Shown: positions 18,038 through 27,841 of the stretch, in pieces
How the letters are laid out: every line of letters begins with the position of its first letter
Position numbering within the stretch: the first letter of the stretch is position 1
Assembly: GCA_035568195.1 (NCBI GenBank)
Contig: DATMOQ010000151.1
Coordinates: forward strand, 1-33,645
DNA: 33,645 nt
DNA from: Gemmatimonadales bacterium
GTDB taxonomy: Bacteria; Gemmatimonadota; Gemmatimonadetes; Gemmatimonadales; GWC2-71-9
Direction of reading: 5' to 3'
Made by a program: the position numbers and the translations under genes
Notes under the pieces: model-generated
Databases searched by the model: none
The model's input: the letters and a program-made list of their open reading frames with translations, nothing else
Told to the model about the DNA's origin: nothing

Positions 18038-19580
18038 GGCCCTGCTGGCCGCGCTCCTGGTGAGCGCGCCACTCACGAAAAGCTCGGCGCAACAGCGCAC
18101 CTCGTACGAGGAGCTCCAGACCTTCTCGCAGGTGCTGACCTATATCTTCCACAGTTACCCGGATTCGGTCAGTTACAGCGTCCTGGTCAAGTCCGCGATC
18201 GACGGCGTGCTGCGGGACCTGGACCCCCACAGCCTCTTCTTCTCCCGACTGGACTACGAGCGCCTCGACTCGCTCCAGCGCGGCATTCTCGCCGTCACCG
18301 GGGCCAGCCTCGACGAGATCGACGGAGAGCCGACCGTGCTGGGCGTGTACCCTCAGAGTCCGGCGGAAGGCGCGGGAGTCCGTCCCGGGGATCGGGTGCT
18401 GGCGATCAACGACACCGTGGTGGCGGGCCTGGAGATCGAGACCATCCGTCTGCGGATGGCGGGACCGGCGGGAAGCAAGATCCGGGTCCGCTTTGCCCGC
18501 GGGTCCCGGCTCGAGCCCGACACGTTCACGCTGGCGCTGAAGCGGCGGGTGCTCGAGGCGCATTCCGTCTTCGAAGCCCGGATGGTGGACTCCACCACCG
18601 GATTCCTGCGCCTCGACGAGTTCGGCGAGAAGTCCGCCGACGAGGTGCACGACGCCATCAAGGGCCTCCGGAAGCAGGGAGCGCGGCAGATCATCCTCGA
18701 CCTCCGGAACAACCTCGGCGGCATCGTGAGCCAGGCGGTGGATCTGGTGTCGGAATTCGTCCCGAAGGGCACCATTGTCTTCAGCACCAAGGGGCGGCGC
18801 GTCGACGTCGACACGACGTACCGCACGCGCCGGGACGGCGACTTCCGGGACCTTCCCCTCATCGTCCTGGTGAACGGGCTCTCCGCCAGCGCCGCCGAGG
18901 CGACGGCGGCGTCTCTCCAGGATCACGACCGGGCGCTCATCGTGGGCCGCCGGAGTTTCGGTAAAGCGCTGATGCAGACCGACTTTTTCCTCTCGTCGGG
19001 CGAAGTCCTGCACATGACCATCGGCCACGTGATCTCGCCGTCAGGCCGCTACATCCAGCGGCGGTACACGGGTCTGGCCGTCGAGCAGTACTACTCCCTG
19101 GCGGGACGGGGCGGCGCGCAGGGGGACACCGACCAGGTCTACCACACCGACGCCGGGCGCGTCGTGCGCGGCGGGGGCGGCGTCCTGCCCGACCTGGTCG
19201 ATTCCGCCGGCACCGAGCCCGGGGCCTGGTGGGTGGCGGCGGAGGATTCGGGCTGGGTGGCCGCGGTGGCGGACAGCATCGCCGCCACGCTGCCCGGGAC
19301 TCCCGCCGGAATGGCGGCCTTCGAGGCTACCCTGCCGGCGTGGGGGAGGACCCTCATGCCCGGTCTGCTCACCCGCATCCGGGAGCGCCTGCACGTCCAG
19401 GCGTCCGTCGATTCCCTGACCCAGTGGCAGCTGGGCTACCAGGTGGGGCGGCGGGTGGTCGAAACCCGCTGGGGGATGGCGGCGCGCTATGACCTGGACC
19501 TGCATCACGATCGGGACGTCCGGATGGCCCTCGCGGCCTTTCCCAGGCTGGGAGACCTTTTGAAGGGGAAGGCCAACTAG
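18003..19580 (+). CDS. S41-family C-terminal processing peptidase
   Basis: ATG at 18003 gives the signal peptide MMPGSALPRCSRALLAALLVSAPLTKSSAQ. PDZ-like segment GVRPGDRVLAINDT. The S41 core motifs LDLRNNLGG and NGLSASAAE...GRRSFGK (Ser/Lys dyad context) are present. The gene overlaps the TPR gene by 35 nt, so the exact start is uncertain. Confidence 0.8.
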   Translation: MMPGSALPRCSRALLAALLVSAPLTKSSAQQRTSYEELQTFSQVLTYIFHSYPDSVSYSVLVKSAIDGVLRDLDPHSLFFSRLDYERLDSLQRGILAVTGASLDEIDGEPTVLGVYPQSPAEGAGVRPGDRVLAINDTVVAGLEIETIRLRMAGPAGSKIRVRFARGSRLEPDTFTLALKRRVLEAHSVFEARMVDSTTGFLRLDEFGEKSADEVHDAIKGLRKQGARQIILDLRNNLGGIVSQAVDLVSEFVPKGTIVFSTKGRRVDVDTTYRTRRDGDFRDLPLIVLVNGLSASAAEATAASLQDHDRALIVGRRSFGKALMQTDFFLSSGEVLHMTIGHVISPSGRYIQRRYTGLAVEQYYSLAGRGGAQGDTDQVYHTDAGRVVRGGGGVLPDLVDSAGTEPGAWWVAAEDSGWVAAVADSIAATLPGTPAGMAAFEATLPAWGRTLMPGLLTRIRERLHVQASVDSLTQWQLGYQVGRRVVETRWGMAARYDLDLHHDRDVRMALAAFPRLGDLLKGKAN

Positions 19581-19595
19581 GCTATTTTCCCGCCC

Positions 19596-21725
19596 ATGGC
19601 GACCAAGACCTCCCCGCGTTCCCAGCCCAAGGCCGGAAAGTCCACCCTCGGCAAGACCGAGCTCTTGGACATGTACCGCCTGATGTTTCTCTCCCGCCGC
19701 ATCGACGATAAGGAGATCCAGCTCAAGCGGCAGAACAAGATCTTCTTTCAGATCTCGGGCGCGGGACACGAAGCCATCCTGGTGGCTGCGGGCAAGGCCA
19801 TGAAGTCCGGCTACGACTGGTTCTACCCGTACTACCGCGACCGCGCGCTCTGTCTCGCGGTCGGGATGACCCCCACGGAAATGCTGCTGTCCGCGGTGGC
19901 CGCCGCCGAGGACCCCAATTCCGGCGGCCGGCAGATGCCCTCCCATTGGGGCCACGCGGCGCTCAACATCGTCAGCCAGTCGTCCCCCACCGGTACGCAG
20001 TTCCTTCAGGCCGTCGGCTGCGCCGAAACGTGGTACCGCGCCGCCCGGATTCCCGACGTCCCCGAAGTCTCCGTCAAGAAGGACGAGGTGGTCTACTGCT
20101 CGTCCGGCGACGGGACCACCAGTGAGGGCGAGTACTGGGAGGCGCTGAACACGGCCTGCAATCTCAAGCTGCCCGTCGTCTTTCTCGTGGAAGACAACGG
20201 CTACGCCATTTCCGTCCCCGTCGAAGTCCAAACCGCGGGCGGCTCGGTGTCCAAACTGGTCACCGGGTTTCCGGGGCTCCTCATCCAGGAAGTGGATGGC
20301 TGTGATCCGATCGCCTCCTACGAGGCGATGCGCCGCGCGGTGGAATACTGCCGCGAGCGGAAGGGCCCGGCCCTGGTCCACGCCCACGTCACCCGTCCCT
20401 ATTCTCACTCGCTGTCGGACGACGAGGTGCTTTACCGTCCGGCCAAAGAACGAGAAGAAGAAGCCAAGCGCGACTGCATCATCACCTTCCCCAAGCGGTT
20501 GCTCGCGGAGGGCGTCGCAACCCAGGCCGAGCTCGAGGCGATTCAGAAGCAGGTGGACGAGGAAATACAGGTGGCGGTGGACATGGCGCTGGTGTCCCCG
20601 CAGCCCAAGACCGACACCGTGTACGACTACGTGTACTCCCCGGACGTCGACCCCACGTCGGAGCAGTTCGACACCGAGGACGATCCGCAGTTCAAGGGCG
20701 AGCCCACCACGGTGGTCGACCTCCTGAACTCCTGCATGAAGGACGAGATGGCCCGCGACCAGCGTATCCTCGTGTTCGGCGAGGACGTGGCGGACGCGAG
20801 CCGCGAGGCGGCCCTGAAGGACGTGAAGGGCAAGGGCGGCGTGTTCAAGGTGACCTGGGGTCTGCAGCGGCAATACGGCGGAGACCGCGTGTTCAACTCG
20901 CCGCTCGCCGAGGCCAACATCGTGGGCCGGGCCATTGGACTGTCGATGCGGGGGTGGAAGCCGGTGGTCGAGATCCAGTTCTTCGACTACATCTGGCCCG
21001 CCTATCACCAGATCCGGAACGAGCTGGCCACCATGCGCTGGCGTTCGAATAACGCCTTCAAGTGCCCCGCGGTGATCCGCGTGACCTACGGTGGCTACCT
21101 GAAGGGTGGCTCCATCTATCACTCCCAGACCGGCGCGGTGGTCTTCACCTCGATCCCCGGGCTGCGCGTGATCTGCCCCTCCACCGCGCTCGACGCCAAC
21201 GGGCTCCTCCGCACCGCCATCCGGTGCGACGATCCCGTACTGTTCCTGGAACACAAGCACCTGTACCGGCAGACCTACAACAAGGCGCCCAACCCCGGCC
21301 CGAACTTCATGATTCCCTTCGGGAAGGCCCGCGTGGCGCGCGAAGGCACGGACCTCACGGTGATCACCTACGGCGCCGTGGTGCAACGCGCGCTCGTGGC
21401 GGCGAAGATGCTCGAGGACGCCGACGGCACCAAGGTCGAAGTCATCGACCTCCGGTCGCTGTCGCCCGTCGACTGGGACACCATCGAGGCGTCGGTGCGA
21501 AAGACCAATAAGGTGCTGGTGGCCTACGAAGATTCGCTGTCGTGGGGCTATGGATCGGAGATCGCGGCCCGGGTGGCGGACATCTGCTTCCCCTGGCTGG
21601 ACGCGCCGGTCAAGCGGGTGGCGTCTACCGACACCTTCGTGGCGTACGCGCCGGAGCTCGAGGATGTCATTCTGCCCCAGGCCGAGGGCCTGGCGGCCGC
21701 CATGCGGGAGCTGAAGGCCTTCTAG
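19596..21725 (+). CDS. fused E1 alpha/beta subunit of a 2-oxoacid (branched-chain/pyruvate type) dehydrogenase, TPP-dependent
   Basis: 709 aa. The N-terminal half has the E1-alpha motifs GHEA..., the YYRD context, and [15 protein letters not shown] (the TPP GDG-x-N motif). The C-terminal half is E1-beta/transketolase-like ([19 protein letters not shown]). Confidence 0.85.
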   Translation: MATKTSPRSQPKAGKSTLGKTELLDMYRLMFLSRRIDDKEIQLKRQNKIFFQISGAGHEAILVAAGKAMKSGYDWFYPYYRDRALCLAVGMTPTEMLLSAVAAAEDPNSGGRQMPSHWGHAALNIVSQSSPTGTQFLQAVGCAETWYRAARIPDVPEVSVKKDEVVYCSSGDGTTSEGEYWEALNTACNLKLPVVFLVEDNGYAISVPVEVQTAGGSVSKLVTGFPGLLIQEVDGCDPIASYEAMRRAVEYCRERKGPALVHAHVTRPYSHSLSDDEVLYRPAKEREEEAKRDCIITFPKRLLAEGVATQAELEAIQKQVDEEIQVAVDMALVSPQPKTDTVYDYVYSPDVDPTSEQFDTEDDPQFKGEPTTVVDLLNSCMKDEMARDQRILVFGEDVADASREAALKDVKGKGGVFKVTWGLQRQYGGDRVFNSPLAEANIVGRAIGLSMRGWKPVVEIQFFDYIWPAYHQIRNELATMRWRSNNAFKCPAVIRVTYGGYLKGGSIYHSQTGAVVFTSIPGLRVICPSTALDANGLLRTAIRCDDPVLFLEHKHLYRQTYNKAPNPGPNFMIPFGKARVAREGTDLTVITYGAVVQRALVAAKMLEDADGTKVEVIDLRSLSPVDWDTIEASVRKTNKVLVAYEDSLSWGYGSEIAARVADICFPWLDAPVKRVASTDTFVAYAPELEDVILPQAEGLAAAMRELKAF

Positions 21726-23575
21726 GACCGCATCAGGTCCCGGACTTCACCCGCCGCGGCGATGGCGTGATCGACGTCGCGGGACAGCGCCCGGGCCTGC
21801 TGGGTGGCCTGGGTCAGATCCCCGAGCACCGCGCCGATCCCGGCTGACTTGAGGCGCAGCAGGTCGTACCGGACGTTCTGCATCGCCAGCACACACGAGT
21901 CGAGCTGCTCCCGCACGCCGTTCCGACGCCCCACCAGATCCGCCAGCGCCTGCCGTTGCCGCTCCAGGAGCCCCACCTGCCGGTCCCGTTCGACACCCTC
22001 CGGCTGCGCTTTCATCGAGGCGATGCGGTCGTCCAGACGCGTGACGGACGTGCCGTCCACGTCCGCGCTCATGGCCGTCAGCATCCGGGCGAGACTTTCG
22101 GCGCGCGTCATCAGCGCATCCACCGTGGCCGTGACGTCGGGGAGCCGCTCGCGGTCAGATGGGGACAGCCGCTCCACCACTCCGAAGATCGCCTGCCGGT
22201 CCCGGCGCACCTGATCGATGGTCGCGGCTTCCCGGCCGAACTCATCGGTGGTCGCGGGAACGAGCGGCGCCGTCGAGCCGATGGGACTGAGCCGGGACTG
22301 GGCCGCGTCGGCCGCGGCCGGACGGGAGAAGACATCCTTCCACGAGTACCCGTTCTCCCAGAGCTTCAGGAAGCGCGGCACCACGGAGAACGCGCCCCAG
22401 ATGCTCACCCCGATGACCGCCCACTTCAGCCCGCCGCCGGCGACCAGATCGACGAACAGCACGCCGGAGAACACCGAAGCCCACGATACCAGGGCCGCGC
22501 GCGTAGCCTTGACCAGCGCGGCTTCGCCGCCGACGGTCTGCTTGGGTTGATTGCGGTCGCGTTCCCGTTGCCGCCGCGGTAAACGCCCCCGGCCGACGTC
22601 GGGGGAGCGCGGGATGGGCAGCGGGGGACGCCCCTGGGCAGCCGGACGGCTTCCGAGACCGCCACCGGTCATGCGATTGGTCACCGGCCGTGGCGACGGT
22701 CGGAATGCCGGCGTCGTACGCGATTCGAGCGCGCGCCGCAGCGCATCGGCGGTGGGCCACCGCTTTTCCGGGTCCTTGTCCAGGCAGCGCATCACGCAGG
22801 CCGACAGCTCCGCAGGGCAGTCAGTGCGCTTCGTCGTGATATCGGGCGCTTCTTCGGTGATCTGCTTCATCAGGAGCCCGGGAACGGTGGGCGCTGAGAA
22901 GGGCAGCTCGCCGACGAGCATCTGATAGCCCACGACGCCCAGGCTGTAGAGGTCGGACCGGCCGTCGATTTCCCGCTCCCCCAGCGCCTGTTCGGGACTC
23001 ATGTAGTGCGGTGTCCCGATAGCCACACCCGTGCCGGTGAGCGTGCCCCCGCCGGTGGCGGAGCTCAACGCCTTGGCGATCCCGAAGTCGGTGACCATCA
23101 CCCGGCCGCGGGAGCCCTCGAGCAGGATGTTGTCGGGTTTGACGTCGCGATGCACGATGCCCACCGCGTGGGCGGCGCCGAGCGCGTCCACGGTCTCCAA
23201 CATGATCCGCCGGACTTCCTCGGGAGGCAGGGTGCCGCGCCGCTGCAGTTTGCCGGACAGCGGCTCGCCGTCCACGTAGGCCATGACGAAGTAGACCAGG
23301 CCGTCGGGGCCCTCGCCGACGCTGAAAATCGGGACGATGTGGGGATGAGACAGGCGCGCAGCCGTCTCGGCCTCGCGGAGGAACCGGAGGCGGATTTCTT
23401 CTCGGAACGCGAGCTCGGGAGGGAGGACCTTGATGGCGACCCGCCGCTTGAGTCGCTCGTCCCGGGCGTTGTAAACGACGCCCATTCCGCCACGGCCGAT
23501 CTCACTGTCGACGGTGTAGGCGGTGCCGAGCGCCCGGGAAAGGCGGCCCATCAATGAGTTGTCGTTCTCGCTCAT
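21722..23575 (-). CDS. membrane-anchored Ser/Thr protein kinase with a C-terminal helical domain
   Basis: AAGGGGAGA ribosome-binding site before the ATG at 23575. Hanks kinase motifs: [37 protein letters not shown]. Pro/Arg-rich linker. Two hydrophobic helices at about aa 358-400. The final 215 aa form a helical tail. Confidence 0.9.
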   Translation of the reverse strand: MSENDNSLMGRLSRALGTAYTVDSEIGRGGMGVVYNARDERLKRRVAIKVLPPELAFREEIRLRFLREAETAARLSHPHIVPIFSVGEGPDGLVYFVMAYVDGEPLSGKLQRRGTLPPEEVRRIMLETVDALGAAHAVGIVHRDVKPDNILLEGSRGRVMVTDFGIAKALSSATGGGTLTGTGVAIGTPHYMSPEQALGEREIDGRSDLYSLGVVGYQMLVGELPFSAPTVPGLLMKQITEEAPDITTKRTDCPAELSACVMRCLDKDPEKRWPTADALRRALESRTTPAFRPSPRPVTNRMTGGGLGSRPAAQGRPPLPIPRSPDVGRGRLPRRQRERDRNQPKQTVGGEAALVKATRAALVSWASVFSGVLFVDLVAGGGLKWAVIGVSIWGAFSVVPRFLKLWENGYSWKDVFSRPAAADAAQSRLSPIGSTAPLVPATTDEFGREAATIDQVRRDRQAIFGVVERLSPSDRERLPDVTATVDALMTRAESLARMLTAMSADVDGTSVTRLDDRIASMKAQPEGVERDRQVGLLERQRQALADLVGRRNGVREQLDSCVLAMQNVRYDLLRLKSAGIGAVLGDLTQATQQARALSRDVDHAIAAAGEVRDLMRS

Positions 23576-23802
23576 TCTCCCCTTGGGCCCGTCGCTAAAG
23601 GCGGTCGGAACAGACTCGAAAGATTAGCCCTCTGGAACTGGTACGGCAACCGCCATAGCCACCGGAACTTACGCCGCTCGGCCCCGGGTGCTTCCCCGCC
23701 GAAGTGGCCGCTCCCACAGCGCCTCCGGGGCGGGATCGGCAGGAACTGCCTGTTTGGCCGGGGAGGCCGGGGAACGCTGGCGCTCCGCTGGAGGTTTTCC
23801 GT

Positions 23803-23818
23803 TGGCACGGTGGATGCA
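23803..23818 (+). promoter_or_regulatory. candidate sigma-54 (-24/-12) promoter upstream of lon
   Basis: The sequence TGGCACG-GTGG-ATGCA compares with the consensus TGGCACG-N4-TTGCW. GG and GC are spaced exactly 10 nt apart, and 46 nt separate the element from the lon ATG. This is a motif match only. Confidence 0.3.
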
Positions 23819-23863
23819 CCCGGGGAGACCCCGAGCCACCTTCTCTAACTGGAGTGCCTTGCG

Positions 23864-26284
23864 ATGTACGAGCGTCTTACGCTGCCGGTCCTGCCTCTTC
23901 GTGAAATGGTCCTTTTCCCCGGCGTTTCGGCGCCGATCGGTGCCGGTCGCCCTGCGACCCTGCGCGCCATTGAAGCCGCATTGAGAAGCGAATCCCGCCT
24001 GATCTTCGCCGTTTCCCAGCGGGAAAACGTCGACCAGGTGACGCCGGGGGTCCTCTATACCACCGGCACCATCGCCAAAATCAGCCAGATCCAGCGCGGG
24101 ATCGGCGGGGTGCAGCTGATGCTGCACGGCGAGGTCCGCGGCACCGCGCTCCATTACCAGGACGCGTCCGGGCACCTCGTGGCCGTGGTCCGTGAGGTCT
24201 CCGACCTTGCTCCTTTGGATGACCAGAACCAGGCCTTCGTTGCGCTGTACCGGGAGGCCCGGGAACGGGCCGGCGATCTGGGCCGCAAATCCGGCCTTCC
24301 CGAGGACGTGGTGAAGCAGGTCCTGGATGACGTGAGTGATCCGGGTCGGTTCGCCGACCTCGTGGCCTCCTACCTCGAGATCAAGCCCGGCGAGAAGCAG
24401 AGCCTGCTCGAGACCCTCGGGGTCGAAGACCGGCTCCGCCGCGTGCTGGTGCACGTCCAGCGGCAGATCGGCCTGCTCGACGCCCAGGAGGACATCAAGT
24501 CGCAGGTCCAGGAAGAGCTGGGCGAGCGGCAGCGGGAGATGTTCCTGCGCGAGCAGTTGAAGGCCATTCACAAGGAGCTGGGCGAAGAGGAAGCGGCGGG
24601 TGACGACGAGCTGAAGAAGCGGCTCGCCGCGCTCGACCTTCCGGAAGCCGCGCGCAAGGAAGTGGATCGCGAGCTCTCGCGCCTCGACCGGGCCAACCGC
24701 GACTCCATGGAGGGCCAGGTCATCCGGACCTATCTGGAGACCGTGGCCGAGCTGCCCTGGAACAAGCGCACCGAGGAATCCCTCGATCTCGAGCGCGCCG
24801 CCAAGGTGCTCGAGGAGGATCACTTCGGGCTGCAGGAAGTGAAAGACCAGGTGCTCGAGTTCCTCTCCGTGCGGAAGCTCCGTCTCGCGTCCCCGGGCGC
24901 CGAGGCCAAGGGGAACGAGGACGACAAGCAGGCGAAGGGACCCATCCTGCTCTTCCTGGGTCCCCCGGGAGTGGGCAAGACCTCGATCGCGAAGTCCATC
25001 GCGCGCGCCATGGGCCGCCCGTACGTGCGGATCTCACTCGGCGGCGCCCGTGACGAGGCCGACATTCGGGGCCACCGGCGCACCTACGTTGGCGCCATGC
25101 CGGGGCGCATCATTCAGGGAATGAAGCAGGCGGGCGCCAAGAACCCGGTCTTCCTGCTCGACGAAGTCGACAAGCTCGGCATCTCGTTCCAGGGCGACCC
25201 GGCCTCGGCGCTCCTCGAAGTGCTCGATCCGGCGCAGAACGACTCGTTCACCGATCACTATCTCGGAGTGCCGTTCGATCTCTCCGAGGTCCTGTTCATC
25301 GCGACCGCGAACTTCGCCCAGAACATCCCGGGTCCCTTGATGGACCGGATGGAAACGGTCACGTTCGCCGGCTACACCGAGCGGGAGAAACAGGAGATCG
25401 CCAAGCGGTACCTGATCCCGCGCCAGCTGCACGAGAACGGACTGACCGAAGCCCAGCTCACCATCACGGATGACGCGCTTCAAGCCGTGATTTCGAGCTA
25501 CACGCGGGAAGCGGGCGTCCGGCAGCTCGAACGCGAAATCGGGAAGGTGGGACGCAAGGCCGCGCGGAAGATCGCGGGCAAGGACGCGGAGAGCCTCACG
25601 GTCACCGCGGCCGATGTCCCGGTCCTCATCGGGCGCCCGAAAGTTCATCCGGAGCACAAGGCTGGGGCCGACGATATCGGGGTGGCCACCGGGATGTATT
25701 ACACGCCCGTGGGCGGCGACATCATGTTCGTCGAAGCCAGCGTGATGCGCGGCAAAGGCGAGCTGACGCTCACCGGGCAGCTCGGTGACGTGATGAAGGA
25801 GTCGGCGCGCGCTGCCTGGACGTACGCCAAGTCCCACGCCGATCAGCTGGGCATCCCGGCGAGCCGGCTCGAAACCACCGACGTCCATGTCCACGTCCCG
25901 GCCGGCGCCATCCCCAAGGATGGACCTTCGGCCGGTGTGACCATGGCGACGGCCCTCGTGTCGGCGCTGTCGGGCCGGCCGGCGCGGCACGACCTCGCGA
26001 TGACCGGGGAAGTGACGCTGCGGGGCCGGGTCCTGCCCATCGGTGGAGTGAAGGAGAAGGTGCTGGGCGCGGTGCGGGCGGGGATTCAGACCATCATCCT
26101 GCCCCAGGAGAATGGCCGGGATCTCGAGGACTTGCCGGCCGACGTCCGCTCGACGCTCGAGGTGCACCTGGTGTCGGAGCTGGGCGAAGTGTTGACGCTG
26201 GCGCTGCGGGGAGCGCGGTTCGAGGCGGGTCACCTGGTCTTCGAGGGTGACGCCCCCAAAGAGCCGAAGATGGTCGGCCGCTAA
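23864..26284 (+). CDS. lon: ATP-dependent Lon protease (endopeptidase La)
   Basis: 806 aa. N-terminus [14 protein letters not shown]. Walker [10 protein letters not shown]. Walker B LLDEVDK. Protease active-site motif [15 protein letters not shown]. Confidence 0.95.
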   Translation: MYERLTLPVLPLREMVLFPGVSAPIGAGRPATLRAIEAALRSESRLIFAVSQRENVDQVTPGVLYTTGTIAKISQIQRGIGGVQLMLHGEVRGTALHYQDASGHLVAVVREVSDLAPLDDQNQAFVALYREARERAGDLGRKSGLPEDVVKQVLDDVSDPGRFADLVASYLEIKPGEKQSLLETLGVEDRLRRVLVHVQRQIGLLDAQEDIKSQVQEELGERQREMFLREQLKAIHKELGEEEAAGDDELKKRLAALDLPEAARKEVDRELSRLDRANRDSMEGQVIRTYLETVAELPWNKRTEESLDLERAAKVLEEDHFGLQEVKDQVLEFLSVRKLRLASPGAEAKGNEDDKQAKGPILLFLGPPGVGKTSIAKSIARAMGRPYVRISLGGARDEADIRGHRRTYVGAMPGRIIQGMKQAGAKNPVFLLDEVDKLGISFQGDPASALLEVLDPAQNDSFTDHYLGVPFDLSEVLFIATANFAQNIPGPLMDRMETVTFAGYTEREKQEIAKRYLIPRQLHENGLTEAQLTITDDALQAVISSYTREAGVRQLEREIGKVGRKAARKIAGKDAESLTVTAADVPVLIGRPKVHPEHKAGADDIGVATGMYYTPVGGDIMFVEASVMRGKGELTLTGQLGDVMKESARAAWTYAKSHADQLGIPASRLETTDVHVHVPAGAIPKDGPSAGVTMATALVSALSGRPARHDLAMTGEVTLRGRVLPIGGVKEKVLGAVRAGIQTIILPQENGRDLEDLPADVRSTLEVHLVSELGEVLTLALRGARFEAGHLVFEGDAPKEPKMVGR

Positions 26285-26874
26285 CGCGCGGCGACCCCAG
26301 CGACCAGAAGTCGGGTGGCGCCCTCGCGCCAGCGCTGCCGCAAAGCGGGTTCATCCACCGCGAGTGAGGGGGCGCTGGCCGAGACCACCGATTCGAGATT
26401 CAGGAATCCCACCATTAAGACCAGGGCTTGAGCAGCGGTCAGGTGCGGGTCGACATCGTCCCGCACCTGACCGAGGCCCTGCCCCTCGGCCAGAAGCACC
26501 ACCAACCGTTTGACGATCGGAGCGAAGGGGGCGATGTCCACTCGGCCGGAGCGGGTGAGCAGGGACACCAGCTCCGGATGGCTGGCGAAGAACCCGTAGA
26601 GCGCGTCCAGCGACCGCTCCAGCCGGTCGAGCGGTCGGCCCCCGGTGGCAGTCAGGCCGCTGAGGGACTGTTCGAGATCTGCGGCCGCACGACCGAGTAC
26701 CGCGTTGAAGAGCCCGCGCTTCGACTGGTAGTAGTAAAACAGGAGCTGCTTGTTGACCCCCGCGGCCCTGGCGATCTGATCCACCCGCGCGCCCTCGAAA
26801 CCCCGCCGAGCGAACTCCCGCTGAGCGGAATCCACGATTCGTAACGCTCTGTCATTACTCAGCTTGTGCTTCAT
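26281..26874 (-). CDS. TetR/AcrR-family transcriptional regulator
   Basis: 197 aa. The N-terminal HTH is RIVDSAQREFARRGFEGARVDQIARAAGVNKQLLFYYYQSKRGLF. Confidence 0.9.
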   Translation of the reverse strand: MKHKLSNDRALRIVDSAQREFARRGFEGARVDQIARAAGVNKQLLFYYYQSKRGLFNAVLGRAAADLEQSLSGLTATGGRPLDRLERSLDALYGFFASHPELVSLLTRSGRVDIAPFAPIVKRLVVLLAEGQGLGQVRDDVDPHLTAAQALVLMVGFLNLESVVSASAPSLAVDEPALRQRWREGATRLLVAGVAAR

Positions 26875-26882
26875 GGCTCATT

Positions 26883-26904
26883 ATGTCAACCGCAAAGTTG
26901 ATAT
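26883..26904. promoter_or_regulatory. candidate operator/promoter in an AT-rich island immediately upstream of the TetR gene
   Basis: ATGTCAAC-cgcaaa-GTTGATAT is an inverted repeat with 7 of 8 positions matching. It sits inside the 34-bp AT-rich gap 26875-26908. On the minus strand the sequence reads TTGACATAAT just 7 nt before the ATG, which is a possible -10 for a leaderless or short-leader transcript. Confidence 0.3.
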
Positions 26905-26908
26905 TAAT

Positions 26909-27841
26909 CTACATCATTGCAACGTTTGCGGGAGGCTTGGGGAGTCCCTGCTGAAGGAAAGCGATCAAGGACCGGGTCAAGGCCGCCGGATCCTCATCCG
27001 GGACGTCGTGCCCGACACCGGGAACCAGCACGAAGGCGGCCCGCGGGAGGGCGAGCGCCATGCGTTCCCCCACCCCGGGCGGGATCCAGATGTCCCGGGA
27101 GCCCCACATCACCAGGGTCGGAACGGCGATCGAATCCAGGCGACCCTTCAGGGCCTCGAAGTTGAACTCCCGGGCGACGCCCGCCATGGTCCGGCTGAAC
27201 TGGGGTTCGGCGACGGGCGCGTAGTACTGATCCACTTCCTCCGTGGTCATGCGGGTGGGGTCCCCGAACGTGGACCGGAGGGTGGCCTGGGTGCCGCTGC
27301 GACCCCGCAGCCCCGCGATCATCCGTCCCACGAGGGGTGCCCGGGCCAGCCGGGTGAGGAGCGGCATGTGAGTGCCCAGGCCGGCCGCGTCGATGAGCAC
27401 CAGTCCGCGGACCTTCTGGGGCGCTCTGAGCGCCGTCAGCGCCGCGATCTCCCCACCCATCGAGTGCCCGACCAGCACGACGTCGCTCAGGTGAAGGGAG
27501 TCGAGCAGATCGACGGCGAGCGATGCGTACGCGGCGGCCGAGTACCCCGACGTCGGTTTGTCTGAGCCTCCGAAGCCGCGGTTGTCGAACGCCACCACGT
27601 GGAATCCGGCTGCGGCCACCGGGCCGATCACGTCGCGCCACGTGTAGATCGAAGCGCCGAGCCCGTGGAGGAGCACCACGGTGGGGCCCGCCCCCTCCTC
27701 GACGTACCGGATCCGGGTGCCGTCCACGGTGACGTAGTGATCCTGGAGACCGGTTCCGGCCGGGTACCGCGCGGACTCGGGAATGGGTGCGACCCGGCAG
27801 GCGACGCCCGCGAGAGCCAACGCCACCAGGGCTCTTCTCAC
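26909..27841 (-). CDS. secreted alpha/beta-fold hydrolase
   Basis: GTG start overlaps the stop of the upstream regulator (GTGA). Signal peptide MRRALVALALAGVACRV. HG oxyanion motif VVLLHGLG. Nucleophile elbow GHSMGG. The C-terminal GHDVPDE supplies the catalytic His. Confidence 0.85.
   Translation of the reverse strand: MRRALVALALAGVACRVAPIPESARYPAGTGLQDHYVTVDGTRIRYVEEGAGPTVVLLHGLGASIYTWRDVIGPVAAAGFHVVAFDNRGFGGSDKPTSGYSAAAYASLAVDLLDSLHLSDVVLVGHSMGGEIAALTALRAPQKVRGLVLIDAAGLGTHMPLLTRLARAPLVGRMIAGLRGRSGTQATLRSTFGDPTRMTTEEVDQYYAPVAEPQFSRTMAGVAREFNFEALKGRLDSIAVPTLVMWGSRDIWIPPGVGERMALALPRAAFVLVPGVGHDVPDEDPAALTRSLIAFLQQGLPKPPANVAMM

Noticed and set aside
19041-21386. 781-aa minus-strand ORF antisense to the S41 3' end and the E1 alpha/beta gene
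   Set aside because: It has the same shadow-ORF signature. The plus-strand frame carries unambiguous TPP-enzyme motifs, while the antisense frame has none.
23624-23650. Possible CIRCE (HrcA) heat-shock operator upstream of lon: TTAGCCCTC-N9-TACGGCAAC
   Set aside because: The left half matches the CIRCE half-site TTAGCACTC at 8 of 9 positions. The right half matches GAGTGCTAA at only about 4 of 9 positions, so the sequence is not an inverted repeat. I treat it as a chance half-site.
23572-23984. Small ORFs (66-98 aa, both strands) inside the kinase-lon divergent intergenic region
   Set aside because: They are Arg/Pro/Gly-rich with no GC3 preference and no ribosome-binding site. They also overlap each other and the lon start. 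They are more likely non-coding promoter and 5'-UTR DNA.
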